The notes under the pieces were generated by a model, which was not told the origin of the DNA, did no database searches, and was given only the letters and a program-made list of their open reading frames with translations. A stretch of 64,000 nucleotides of DNA. Source: a virus. Position 1 is the first letter of the stretch. Each line of letters opens with the position of its first letter. The stretch spans positions 64,001-128,000 of the IMG/VR virus record IMGVR_UViG_3300042389_001478; one strand, 5' to 3'. A program made the translations under genes and the position numbers. Positions 1-12,500 of the stretch are shown here, piece by piece.

Positions 1-2
1 TT

Positions 3-491
3 AATTATTTAGTATCTGCTTGTGTGGTGTATAGAGATAGCAATGAGCCTTATTTTAAGAATTTGGAAGAGTATCTAAATAGAGCAGACGACCCCGTTGC
101 TCTACTAGGTGCTCAAAAATTGGCCAGTATGATTTATGGATTGGATAACAATTTTGAGAAGACACTTCCAGAAAACAAATTTTTACAGAAGTATAAGTTT
201 GTTGACGAGAAACTTCGCCTAATTGATAAGAAGGGTCGTTTGGTTGATGCTGATGGCAGGCTAATAGATGATAATGGTAGATTCATTGACGAACAAGGCA
301 ACTTTGTTGATAAGTACGGTGCCAGAGTGGATAAGGAGGGCGATTATGTTGTTGAAACAGAGCCATTCCTTGATGATGATGGAAAACCTGTAGTTTTAGA
401 AGAGACTAAACTAGAAGAAACTAAACCAAATGATGCTACTACTACCCCCACTACAGAAGCAGCAGCACCAGAAGTCACTCCAGCTAGTTGA
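3..491 (+). CDS. 5'-truncated protein immediately upstream of the TMP; putative tail assembly chaperone
   Basis: The frame of ORF 24..491 stays open to the window edge (NYLVSAC-VVYRDS...). Its position directly before the TMP is the usual chaperone slot. Acidic Pro/Thr-rich C-terminal tail. Function is inferred from position only. Confidence 0.55.
   Translation, partial: NYLVSACVVYRDSNEPYFKNLEEYLNRADDPVALLGAQKLASMIYGLDNNFEKTLPENKFLQKYKFVDEKLRLIDKKGRLVDADGRLIDDNGRFIDEQGNFVDKYGARVDKEGDYVVETEPFLDDDGKPVVLEETKLEETKPNDATTTPTTEAAAPEVTPAS
204..350 (+). repeat. 7 x 7-aa (21-bp period) D-x-x-G-x-x-[IV] repeats inside the first CDS
   Basis: DEKLRLI / DKKGRLV / DADGRLI / DDNGRFI / DEQGNFV / DKYGARV / DKEGDYV; Asp codons at 204, 225, 246, 267, 288, 309, 330. 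Confidence 0.85.
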
Positions 492-521
492 TAATTACTC
501 TTTGTTAAAGTATTTACACTT

Positions 522-562
522 GAGCACCATGTTGCTATTACGCAGCATGGTGTTCTTTTTTT
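522..562 (+). terminator. Rho-independent terminator/attenuator just before the TMP gene
   Basis: 14-bp stem GAGCACCATGTTGC (522-535) / GCAGCATGGTGTTC (542-555) with two G-U pairs, 6-nt loop TATTAC, followed by T7 (556-562). Confidence 0.85.
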
Positions 563-579
563 GAGAACGAGGATAGAAT

Positions 580-3500
580 ATGGCAAAAGGATTTAATTTA
601 ACAGCGGAAATTAATTTACGAGGACCATCTAATATTAGATCGGTTGTTGCCGATATTAAAAGACAGGTAGGGTCTGTTAGTGTTGATGTCAGTCCAACGC
701 TCAATAGGGCTTCTGTTAGAACTATTGCTAATGATATTAGGCGTCAGATAGGAAATTTATCAGCAGAAATTAATGTAAGAGCTAATGCTGGCTCAATTAG
801 AAACTTATCAAGAGATATTCGACAGAGACTGGGAACATTAACTGCTGATGTTCAAGTCAGAGCAGATGCCTCGTCAATTAGAAGATCTGTTGCTAATATA
901 AGATCTCAATTTAGGAATATTAGCACCAATGTCGCAGTATCTGCATCGCCATCATCTATTAGACAAGCATCGTCAGCAATTAGGAGACAGCTTGGAAATA
1001 TTAATGCAAATGTCAGGGTTAATGTTTCCGCAGGATCAGTAAGACAAGCAGCAGCCAATATTCGTAGACAACTAGGCTCTATTAACACCACAGTTAACGT
1101 TGGAATCAATGCAGCGTCATTACGAGGCATTGGGGCATATACAGCAAATCTTACAAGATTAAATGCAACTTTAGCTCAAACTACAATTACTGCTACTAAT
1201 GCTGCCGGAGCAATTGCAACTTTAACCGCGGCTATGGGCGCTGCTGGACGAGTAAATCTTGGTCAAATCAATGTTAATCTTGGTAATGCTGGTAATGCTG
1301 CTAGAAATACTGCTAATAATATTCAGTTAGCTGGTAATGAAATTGAAAACTTCGGTCGTCAAGCGGGCTTGGCTATAAGGCGTTTTGCTGCTTTTAGTGT
1401 TGTTACGGGTGTGGTCTTTGGTATTACTAATGCTTTTAAGAATGGCGTTAGTGCTTTTATTGAATATGATCAGCAGCTTACCAGAATTAGCCAAGTTACC
1501 GGAGATGCCAAAGAAAGTCTTGGTAAAATTAATAGTACAATTAGTGAGCTCTCAACAAGCTTAGGTGTTTCATCTAAAGAATTAGCAGCAACATCAGTAA
1601 CGTTAGCTCAGGCAGGTTTAACAGCACGAGACACCGAGACTGCATTAAAGGCATTGGCCTTAAGTGCATTGGCTCCGTCTTTCGATGACATGAATCAGAC
1701 GGTAGAAGGCTCTATCGCATTAATGAGACAGTTCGGCATTTCCAGCAAAGAACTAGAAGGATCATTAGGATCAATCAACGCTGTTGCTGCAAAGTTCGCT
1801 GTCGAAGCTAGCGATATTATTACTGCCATTCAACGTACCGGTGGTGTGTTTGCTGCTGCTGGTAAAGGAGTTAGTGAAGGCACTAATGCTTTAAATGAGT
1901 TCATTGCTGTATTCACTAGTATTAGAGCAACAACTCGTGAAAGCGCAGAAACCATTGCTACTGGCTTAAGAACAATTTTTACAAGAATTCAGAGAGCCGA
2001 TACTATCGAGGCCCTCAAAGAGTTCGGCGTTACATTAACAGACTTAGAGGGTAAGTTCGTTGGACCATATATTGCTGTTCAAAGATTAAGTGAAGGATTA
2101 TCAAAACTGGATCCTAGAGATTTGAGCTTCTCTAGAATTGTGGAAGAGCTTGGTGGATTCCGACAGATTGGCAAGGTTCTACCACTTATTCAACAGTTCG
2201 CCACCGCACAAGACGCTTTGAGGGTTGCCCAGCAAGGACAAGGATCATTATCGGCCGACGCAGCCAAAGGACAAATGGCATTAGCAATTCAAATAGCAAA
2301 AGTTAGAGAAGAATTTTTAGCATTAATTAGAAGTGTTGGAAATACTGATAGTTTTCAAAATATGGTTAAGGTTGGACTAGACTTGGCCAGTGCCTTAATA
2401 AAGGTAGCAGATGCTGCTAAAGGATTAATTCCATTAGTTGGATTATTTGCGGCGTTCAGGGGAGCTCAAGCTATTACTCAATTTGCTGGTGGTTTTGGAA
2501 GAGGTTTTAGAGGAGCACCAACACAAAGAGCCTCAGAAGGTGGCCCTATTAGACACTTTGCTTCTGGAGGCTATGTTCCTGGTTTTGGTAACGGAGACAC
2601 TGTTTCTGCAAAATTAACTCCTGGCGAGTTTGTTATGAGCAAACCAGCTGTACGGTCTATTGGAGTTGGTAATCTTAGTAGAATGAATAAAGGCGATAGA
2701 GCTAGCAAATTTGATAAGGGTGGTCCAGTAACAGTATCCGCCTTATTAACTAGATCTGGAGGACCGTCAATCAGAAATGCTATTAATACTACTAATTTAG
2801 AACCAGATGATACAGTATCGATAAATATTGTTCCTAAACAAGTACCACTAAACCAGACCGACTTTTTAAATATATGGTTACGAGGTAATTCTTCTGCTAA
2901 AAAAGGAACAGGAAAATTCAAAAATTATGCTGGAATTAATGTTAGTCAAGAGAATAGAGATAGATTAAAAAATTTAGCAGGAAAAAATACAAAACAGCAA
3001 CAAGAAATTAAACGTGGTTATGGGGCCGGTATTTCTGAACAAGTGAGTATGCTACAAAGCGCGGAAGGAAGATGGGGGTTAGCATATGAAGAATTTTTGA
3101 TTAATAAACTTCGAGCTAATTGGACCAAAGCTAGTTCTAAAAACAACTACCCAGTTGATCTTGTTCAAAAACTAACAAATAATTCTATAAAGCGTATTGG
3201 AGAGGTTAAATTTCGCACGACACCTACTGAAGATATAGATCTTATTAGTAAGTTATTAAGATATCGAATAGAAAGAGGATCTATTAACAGATACTTTAGA
3301 GAAAATGAAGAAATTCCCAAAGACTTGGATAAAAATATAGGTTCGTTAGATTATTTTTGGGCTGGAAACTATAAAAAACAATTCTATAAGTTTATAGAAG
3401 AGAGACAAAAAATACAGGCTCCTGGTTTTGTTCGTGCGGCAGCTGGTGGACAAATACAAAGATTCCCTAGGGGCGGAAATGTTCAAAAACTAGCTAATGT

Positions 3501-6500
3501 TGGAGTAACCAAGGAAAAGAAACAGACTAATATAAATGAAACTGCTGCACAAGCTCTTCTCGAACAAAATGCAGGTAAATCTCCTGTTATTAGAAGAATA
3601 TTAAGTAAACCAAAAGCTGGTAGAGATTTTGCACAAATACTTAAAAAACAAGGAGTGACTATACCACCATTTCCAAAATTTGTGGGATCTGGAATGGCTA
3701 ACGCGGTTTTTGATATCGGAAATAAGAAAATGTTAAAAGTTTCTCTCACGGGCTTTGGCGATAATATGATGGCAGGAAATTTCTTTGGAGAGAATGTTGC
3801 TGAAAAAATGGGTATGACAGGTAATTATCAATTACCGATGGGTGTTCCTGGAGTAGCTGGATATTCATCTCATATTGATGCGGGAGTCTTGTCGTCTGCT
3901 ATTCAAGACAAAGCTGTTATGAAAATAAAAGGAAGAAGTAAAAATAAAGATGCTAACGAGCTAATCAAGCGATTGCGTAAACAAGAAGGACTTACAGGGA
4001 TTGATCTTCATAACGACAATATAGGATATAGATATAATCCCAAAACTAAAAAACAAGAACCAGCAATTATAGATGGTTTAGTAGTTCATGATGATAAATT
4101 ACCTCCTGGATTTGATTTTTCGAATCGTTTTAAAATTGGTGGAGAAGTACAGAGATTCCCTATTGGTGGAGAAGTTAGAAGAACCAAAAAAGAACGATAC
4201 AAAAAAATATCAGTAGCAGATGCAGAAAAGCTATCAGCTTCTCAGATTATAACCGGCCTTACTACAGGACAATCCGCTCCAGCTAGAGTAGGGGGTATGG
4301 ATGTTGTAACTATGAGAAAGATTCTCGGCCAACGCAATAGAACACCAGATGATCAACGCAAGAGAGATGAAATTCTAAATGCTTATACTAGAAGAATAAA
4401 TGGAGAAGTAGATCAACGTCTTGGAGTTACTAAGCAGAGACAAACAGCAGGATTACTATTTGGTATTGCTGGTTTGTACGGGTCTCCATTTGCCCCAACC
4501 GATATGGTTGTTGGAGATAAAGGAGAACTTACAAAACCCACAACCGTTCAGGTAATGGGTGGTGTTCCTCGTAAAAAATTAATGGATAGAGCTAATCTAA
4601 GTATTAATGACCTAGACATTTATGGTAAAGATTTTAAAAAGTCTGTTAAAAAAGGAGCTAAAAGATTATTAGTATCAGATATTCTTAGCCAACTAGGTTT
4701 AGGCAAAGCTCTTTATGCTGACTTTGATCGAACATTAGTGTTTGGTGCTGATGATCTTCCAGATATCCAGTCTTTTAATGACAAGAGAAAAGTGGGCAGG
4801 CAATTATTATCAAAAAAAGCTAGACTGAGCGTTCTTGGTCAAAAATTAAGAGATTTATTAGTAGCTAAGCCACAGCTCACACCATCTGTAAAAATATTAA
4901 CAGCAAGACCACGCTCTACACTTGGTCTTTTACAAGCTTTTCTTAGACGACAAAATCTTAATATACCTTCTTCTCAATTTACTGGGGTCGGTGGTAATAA
5001 TTTAAACGAAGCAGCAATAGCAAAATTAAAAGCTGCAGAATTACCTTCTGGATCAGTTTTAGTTGATGATAATGCAAAAAATATAAGAGCAGCAGAGCTA
5101 AAATCTAAAGCACTAAAAGCTCAAGGCGAAGCTGGTATTACAACATTTAGATATAAGAGCGCTAGGAGCCCACTAGATAAGCCGGGCGAAGATACTGCTG
5201 CTGGTCTTGCGTTCCAAGAATCATTAAGAGGACTTCTTTCAGAAAAAAGAGCAGTGGCCGCATTTGCTGAAACAGGAGGGAAGAGCATAGATTTCCCGCT
5301 AGGATTAGGAAGACGAGCAGCATTATTCGGACTAAAACCAAATATACCCACAGATGCTAAAAGAACATTAACTGGTCCATCAACAGCAAAAGAGAATATT
5401 ACTAATTATTTGAAAGCTAGATCATATTCTGCTGGCGGAGATATTCAAAAGTTTCCACAAGGAGGAACACCATCGCCGGGTGGACATTCCTCAAATATTG
5501 TACCAGCATTAGTTAGCACTGGAGAAGCTTACTTTCCACCAGAAGAAGCAAAAAATATAGGCTTAGACAAATTAAGAAAAATGAATCAAGCAGATCGTAA
5601 TGGCATGAAATCCTTTGCTCGGGGTGGTGTTAGTGTTTTCAGAGGTCCGGGATCAGGAACTAGTGATAGCATAGGACCAATAGGTTTGCCAGTAGGAAGC
5701 TTTATCGTTCGAGCAGCTGCAACAAAAGCTTTGGGTCTTAGTTCGGGTGGATCTGTTGGTAATGTACAAAAATTTGCCGCAGGAGGAGCTGCTCAAAGAT
5801 TATTTGTTGGAGGATTATTAAATCCACCACCAGCAGCTAGGCCAGATCTTGGTGGTATGAATGATTCTGAAGCTCGAAGAGTTGTTGGAGTAGTTAATAG
5901 CGTTAATCAGCAACTAGGACAATTAGCAGGAGTATTAGAAGAGCTTGGTGTTGCATCAGGAGATACTGCAAGGTTAATGCAAAGAGGAAGTCAGGCTACT
6001 TATGCTCAAGCTATTCAAGCGACAGAAGCTGATATTAGACGAGCCAGAATAGCAGGAGCATCAGCTCAACAAATAGCAGCTGCAGAAAGTGTGCTACGGG
6101 ATATTAGACAACAAGCTGATAGAGATATCAGAGCAAGAAGAGCATCTGTAGATACTCCGGGCGGAGCTAGAGCTTCCTTGGGTAGTTTAGGTGGACAAGA
6201 TTTACAGAGAATAGATTCTAGAGCCGATCAGCTACGTCAACAAATGATGGAAACAGAAAGAAATCGACTACAGAACCAAACTGTAACTCGCGGAGGAAGA
6301 ACAACAGCAAGATATTCTAATGAACAAGTCGAAGAAAGACTACAAAGACGAGCAGGAAGATTTAATAGACAATCCTACGAACAAGCAACTACTCAAGTTA
6401 CCGGCGGACGAGTCGATCTTGGTGCTGTTGGTTTAACTGGAGATGATGCTCAAAGATATATCCAACAAAGTATGAGAGACCGTAATACTTTAGCTCAGAT

Positions 6501-9500
6501 GGATAGAGCATATATACCACGACGAGCCGCACAGATTAGACAACAATTAGAAGCAGAGCGTGGTGTCGGAGCAACAGCAAGAGAAAGAGCGGCATTAGCA
6601 CGACAAGCATTACGCATGGCTGAGCAAGAGGCAAGAGACAGAGCCAATACTGCACGAGCCGCTGCCAGAGCCGCTGGAGCAGCTGGCCCCGGAGGAGGCC
6701 CAGAAAGCGGTATGGCTAGAAGCATGGGCATGGCCTTTGGTCTACAGATGGTAGGCTCCCTACTTGCACAACAGATTAATCCAGAATCTAGCTCTTCAAA
6801 TGCTCAGATATCTGCTGGTTTACAAGGTGGAACAAACATGCTGGCTACTGGCACCATGATTGGTAGTGGTGTGATGGAAATGTTCCCAGCAATGACACGA
6901 TTACTAGGTCCGATAACGATTTTAACAACAGTCGCACTAGCTGCTGGTCAAGCTTTAATTGATGCTCGAAATGCCGCCATAGAATTTGAGAAAAAATTAG
7001 CTGACAAAAGAGTTCAAGATGCAATGGAGAGAGTTGGTCAAGGCTTTGATAAACTAAGTAAAAATATCAAAGATATTAAAATTCAAGATGATATTACTAA
7101 CAATTTAATTGAAGCTAGTAGAAATGTTAGAAAATCAGTAGAAGCAGATAAAACAACAGCCAAGGCTTTTTGGGCTAATATTACTGATGTTTTTACCTCC
7201 AACACATCATCAAACTTAGCTGAGGCTGCGCAAAATGTATATAACTCCAAGCCAGCTGCTGGCAGAACAGACGCTGATAGAAATGCCTTAGCTGCTGTCA
7301 CAATAAACACCCAAGCTGCTGCAGCTAGCAGGAGCAAGATTTTAGAAAAAGAGGGGGTGTCAGCGTATCTTAGTACTACTAGCATGGGACAATTTTTAAG
7401 TGGAGCTGGCTCACAATCATCTTCTAGAGCTGAAGAAAGAAGATCATCGCTCTCTCTGGGTATGATACCGGAAACAGCCAGAGAAGACTCTAAAAAATAT
7501 GTTGAAGTCGCACAAAGTATGCAAAGAATTATTGAAGATAAATTAAGAAGTGGCTTGAGTGTTAGAGAATTATTAACAGCACCAAAACATGAATTTGAAC
7601 AAATTGCTAGAACAATGGCCATGGCAGACCAAGCCACCCATGCTAATATATTAGCAATCCAACAAGACACTAATCTAACCACAGCAGAAAAAGAAGCTAA
7701 AATCAAAAATATTGCTACGCTTTATGCTGAAGACAAGATTCGCAAATCTGCTAAGTCCGTGGACACGGAAAAAGCGAGTAAAAACTTTGAGAAGAATATT
7801 AATAATATGAGCCGTAGTTTGGAAAGAATGTTCCAAAATATGGATCAAGCTATTGAGAGAACAAGCTTTAGTTTAAGACAAATGTCTCAAGATATGGATC
7901 TCATATCAGCATCTCTTGGTGGACAAGCTAAAACTGGTGATACATCTCTTAAGTCCATGAATATTTTACAAAATCCAAGAGCATATGGTGGACTAGAAAC
8001 CAATGCTGCTAGGGATCAAGCTTCTTCCTTCTTTACTGGGGAACGTAATTTAGTTAAGGGACTATTATCAGTTGGAGATAATTTAGAAACTAGCATAATG
8101 TCTAGTATTAATAAAACTCTTACTGATAATCCAGCAGCTAGCAATGAGCAAATTGGTATCAATATTGAAAAACAAGTTACTAAACAAATTGCTAAACTAC
8201 AACTGCCTCCTGATGTTGGGAACAAACTTGGAGAACAAGTTAAGACCGCGTTGGACGAAATGAGAAAACGCGGAGATGAGAATCTAAATTTTGATGATTT
8301 AATGGAAAAAATCCCAGGATTAAGCAAGGTTCTGGAGAGCGGCAAAAGAGCACAAGAATCTGCACTTAAAGCACTAGAACATTGGCAGAGTTCACTAAAT
8401 TCGTATTCAGAAAAAATTAATCAATTAATAGATCTACAAATCGATACCAATGAAAGACTACGAAGATCAAGTGAATTGGTGATTCGTGGCAATATGGAAG
8501 TATCTCGCGCCCTTGGTAAAGATGTTAGTGTTTCATCTGTTAGATCAGCAAGAAATGTTGGCATAGCTCAACAAACTGGTGGCTTAACGGATGCTGATGC
8601 TATAGCCAAAAACATAATGTCATTAGAAGGCCAACGACGATCACTAGAATCATCGGCTAATTCTGCTGGTAATAGAGGATTAGCTGGGGCTAATGATTTT
8701 GTTAAATTTAAGAGCGGACTATTAGACACTAATGTTGCATTAAGAGAAAATATTGCAGCATTAAAATCTTTAGCAGAAAATGGCGATGTTGCTTCAGCAG
8801 CATTAGGAAAAATACAAGAAGCCCAACAGAAACAAGCTAGCAAAGTTGGATTCATTGAAAAGCTAGTAACTAGCACACCAGAAGAAGTTAATTCTTTAGA
8901 ACGTGCTATGGCTAGATTACAAAATAATATAAATGGTCAACTAAATACTATCAACAACAGTGTTGGTGCACAAAAGGCATATAATGATGCTATAGCGCAA
9001 GGAGCCACAAATGCAGAGGCCATGAGCGCAGCACAAGTTGCTTTTGCTGGCGAAAGAAAAGAAACACTAGGCGCTCTAAATGATTTATTGCCATTTTTAA
9101 GTAATAATCAACAGGGCAATAATATTAAAGCTAATGTACTAGAGAGTATGGCTAGAGAGTCTGGTGTTGGTATTAATCCAATGATGCAAGAGGTGATTAA
9201 TTCTTTAAGAAATCCACAGGCCGACCCTCAAACTCAAGCTGCTATGCAGCAATATCAACAGGCAATTAGTGAACAAGCTAGAGCTAATACTTTACTAGCA
9301 CAACTTAATAGTACTTTGGCTAATGATATTGCTACCAAATCAGCAGCAGCATTGAGCCAAGCTTTAACTGGCGCCTCGATTAAATTTCAGAGCAGTCAAT
9401 TAGACGATATTGCTAAGAATGTTAGATCTATTTCATTAAGAGGTGGTGATCAGCCAGTACCAGCAGCTGGAAAAGCCAATGGTGGCATGATTTATGCTGC

Positions 9501-12500
9501 CGCTGGTACAATGGTTAATTTCCAGCCCAAAGGAACCGACACTGTACCAGCAATGCTTACTCCCGGCGAATTCGTGGTCAACAGAGCTGCTACATCTCGT
9601 AATCTTCCATTATTGCAAAGCATTAATAGTGGTGGCTATAGTAAGGGCGGCAGCGTTAATTATTATTCTTCTGGTGGATATGTTAGTAGCGTATTTAAGA
9701 GTGAGTATTTAGACTCCAAGAACTTAGAGAATAGCGAAAAGCAATATATTGATCCAGAAGATAAAATAATAAAAGATATTATTAGTGGAGACGATAAACC
9801 ATTTATGATTAGGTCTGGATGGAAAAATTTCACTAGACTACAATCACCAGCTAACCAATATCACAGTGCTCAATTTAAAAAGACTTATGTTGGTAGAGTC
9901 GGAGGTTATTTTGGGTTTGGTCTTGATGAAACAAACGATAAAATTCCATTTGAGACCAGTGGTAAATTAGTACCTGGGTCTGCTCCGATCATTGATATTA
10001 ACTCCATAGATGGTGAATATGTTTATAAAAACACACCACCTCCTAATTTATGGCCAGCTGGTAATAGAGAGCTAGGATACTTATTATCAGATAGAAAATT
10101 TAATACTAAAAATATTGCTAAGAATGATTTGTCTAAATATAGAGATATTATCAATGGGCTTATTAGTGTTGTTCCTCCTGGTAGAGTTTGGGGTACAGAT
10201 CCATCAAGCTTTGAATTTAGTTCTCCAGATGATCTTTCCGGCGGCCAGAGCGGCTTTCCATATAATCCTAATTTAAGCAGCGCAAAACCGGTAGGCTTGA
10301 TTTTATCTAGAGGAGCTACTGATATAGGACAGCAAGCCACAGAAAGCACAGATGGAATTCAGAAAATCTTTAATAACAGCAGAGCATTTACCGGACAATC
10401 AGAAGAAGCTTCAGATAGAGCTGGAAATACAACTAGAATATATGGAGATATACAAGGAACGGTCTCTGCTGGGAAACTAACCAACGCAGCAAAACTTGCT
10501 CAAAGAGGTTTTATTAACGACGTTCCAACAGATAATGACACATTTAAATGGATTACTGAAACCAAAAAAATTAGCGAACTAAGAGACACTCAAAAAGAAA
10601 ATCTATCTCTACTTAAAAATACCACCACAGATATTTTTGGTAATAAAATTAATTGGCTTAAAAACACTGAAAAAAATAATAAACTTATTTCTTTACAACA
10701 AAAACTACAAAAAATTTATGAGGGTGGATCATTAATAGAAGATCTTGATGTTTCAGAAAGAGAGTTGATAGATAATACTCAGCTAAGACTAGATGATGCA
10801 TCCGGTAAGTTTTCATTGTTATCTAAACAATTAGAACCCCAATTAGCTAAAAGAGTAGCAGAGCTATCGTCTAGACCAATAGATCAACAGCTTCCAAAAG
10901 ATAAAGAAAATGCTAGAATTGCAACACTAACAAGAATAGGTGGAGCAGCAGGCTGGGCAGACGGAGATCCATTCCCGATCAACTTTAGTGAAAACGGACT
11001 AACCAAACCAACAGTCTCATTTCCATGGATAGCTAATATTGAACCAGAATTTTTCTTACAAAATATTAAAGAACAACAAGAGCAACAAGCTAAAGACCGA
11101 GCATCTGGTAAAGACTATGGGTTTAATATTAGCTCACTAGGATTACAACCGTATGCTGCTAAATTACCGGCACCACTAGACAAAGTAAGCTTCAATTATA
11201 AGGCTGCTTATACCAAATATAGTGGTAGACTATTTGATTTAAGACAAAAAGAACTAGATAATACCAGACCATTAAATGACGCTTTTATTATTGACCCTAA
11301 GCACGATGATGCTCTCAATATATTTAAAAATGCTAATTTCCCAGACAAATCCTTCTTTACAGGATTTCCCGGACCATACCAACCACAAGATTTAGCCAAG
11401 AGAATAAGCGTTAAAGATCCTCAGTCCATTCTAGACTACATGCAAGCTTTACGCAATAATGATCCCAATGCCGATGCTTTAGCTGGAAAAATTAATGGGG
11501 TATCTTTAGCTTTGGGACCAGCCCTGCTCAAGGTTATGAATGATAAGCCATTATATTTACCTGACGACTTATATTATGGTATTGATAATACTTTTCAAAA
11601 TCTTGATATTAGTCCATTTGTAGTAGCATCAGCAAAAGATGCTGCCGGGCAACTTGGTCGTTTAGCCAAAGAAAAAAGCTCCCAGATCAATACCCCAGGA
11701 TCAAAAACTCAAAGTATAAGCGAAGCTGATCTTGGTCCAACAGTGCAAAGAATAGCACAAGCATCTTTAGGCATTTTTGGACGTAGACCAGGAATACCAT
11801 CCGGATATCTTTATAGTCAATTTGGAAGAGCATTATCTAATATTAGTGATCCAATCAAAGCTAAGAATACGGCTTCTGGTATCAGTGGAGTTTTTAGTAA
11901 TTTAGTCAAACAAATTCATGGCATGGCTCCCAGAAATTCAAGAGAATTTGCAGCACTAAGAGATTCCAATATTTTAGCAACAGGCGCCTCTGCTGTTTTT
12001 AACAAACTAGCTTCTGGTAGTACTAATTATATTAAATCATTTTTAGGTGGTGGATCTTCTATAGAAAATCTCTTTAGGTCATTAGGTTCTGGATCTTTCT
12101 TTAATGAGATGGGTAGTCAACAGTTTAGTGAAGATTTTACTAAACAGCTTGGGGCTGATCTTAAGGGAAGCAAATTAGCTAAAATTGGAGCTGATGGCTC
12201 TATCGATTTAACAGATATGAATGAGCAGGATGTTCCTAAGAATTACCAAGGATTAGTTGATCTTGCTATTAATCCTTATCATGAATTTGGAAATAGATCA
12301 GTTCGTCAGGGAATTTTCCAAAAATTAATGACAGACATTCCTAATTTTAGAGCTAATCATAATGTTACAGATCCAAAAACTGGCACTATTTTAGAAAAAC
12401 GACAAACCCAACTACCATTATTTGGGCCTGCTGCTCTTAAGATGATAATGACTAATTTGAATAATTTATCACAATGGTATGGTGGAAATGGTGCTTGGGC

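Noticed and set aside
400-580. Lambda G/GT-type programmed frameshift before the TMP
   Set aside because: No second-frame extension fits in the 88-nt gap, which holds a terminator. A slippery site could still lie upstream of the window.
12277-12300. YHEFGN as a metallopeptidase HExxH motif in the TMP
   Set aside because: The second His is absent (HEFGN).
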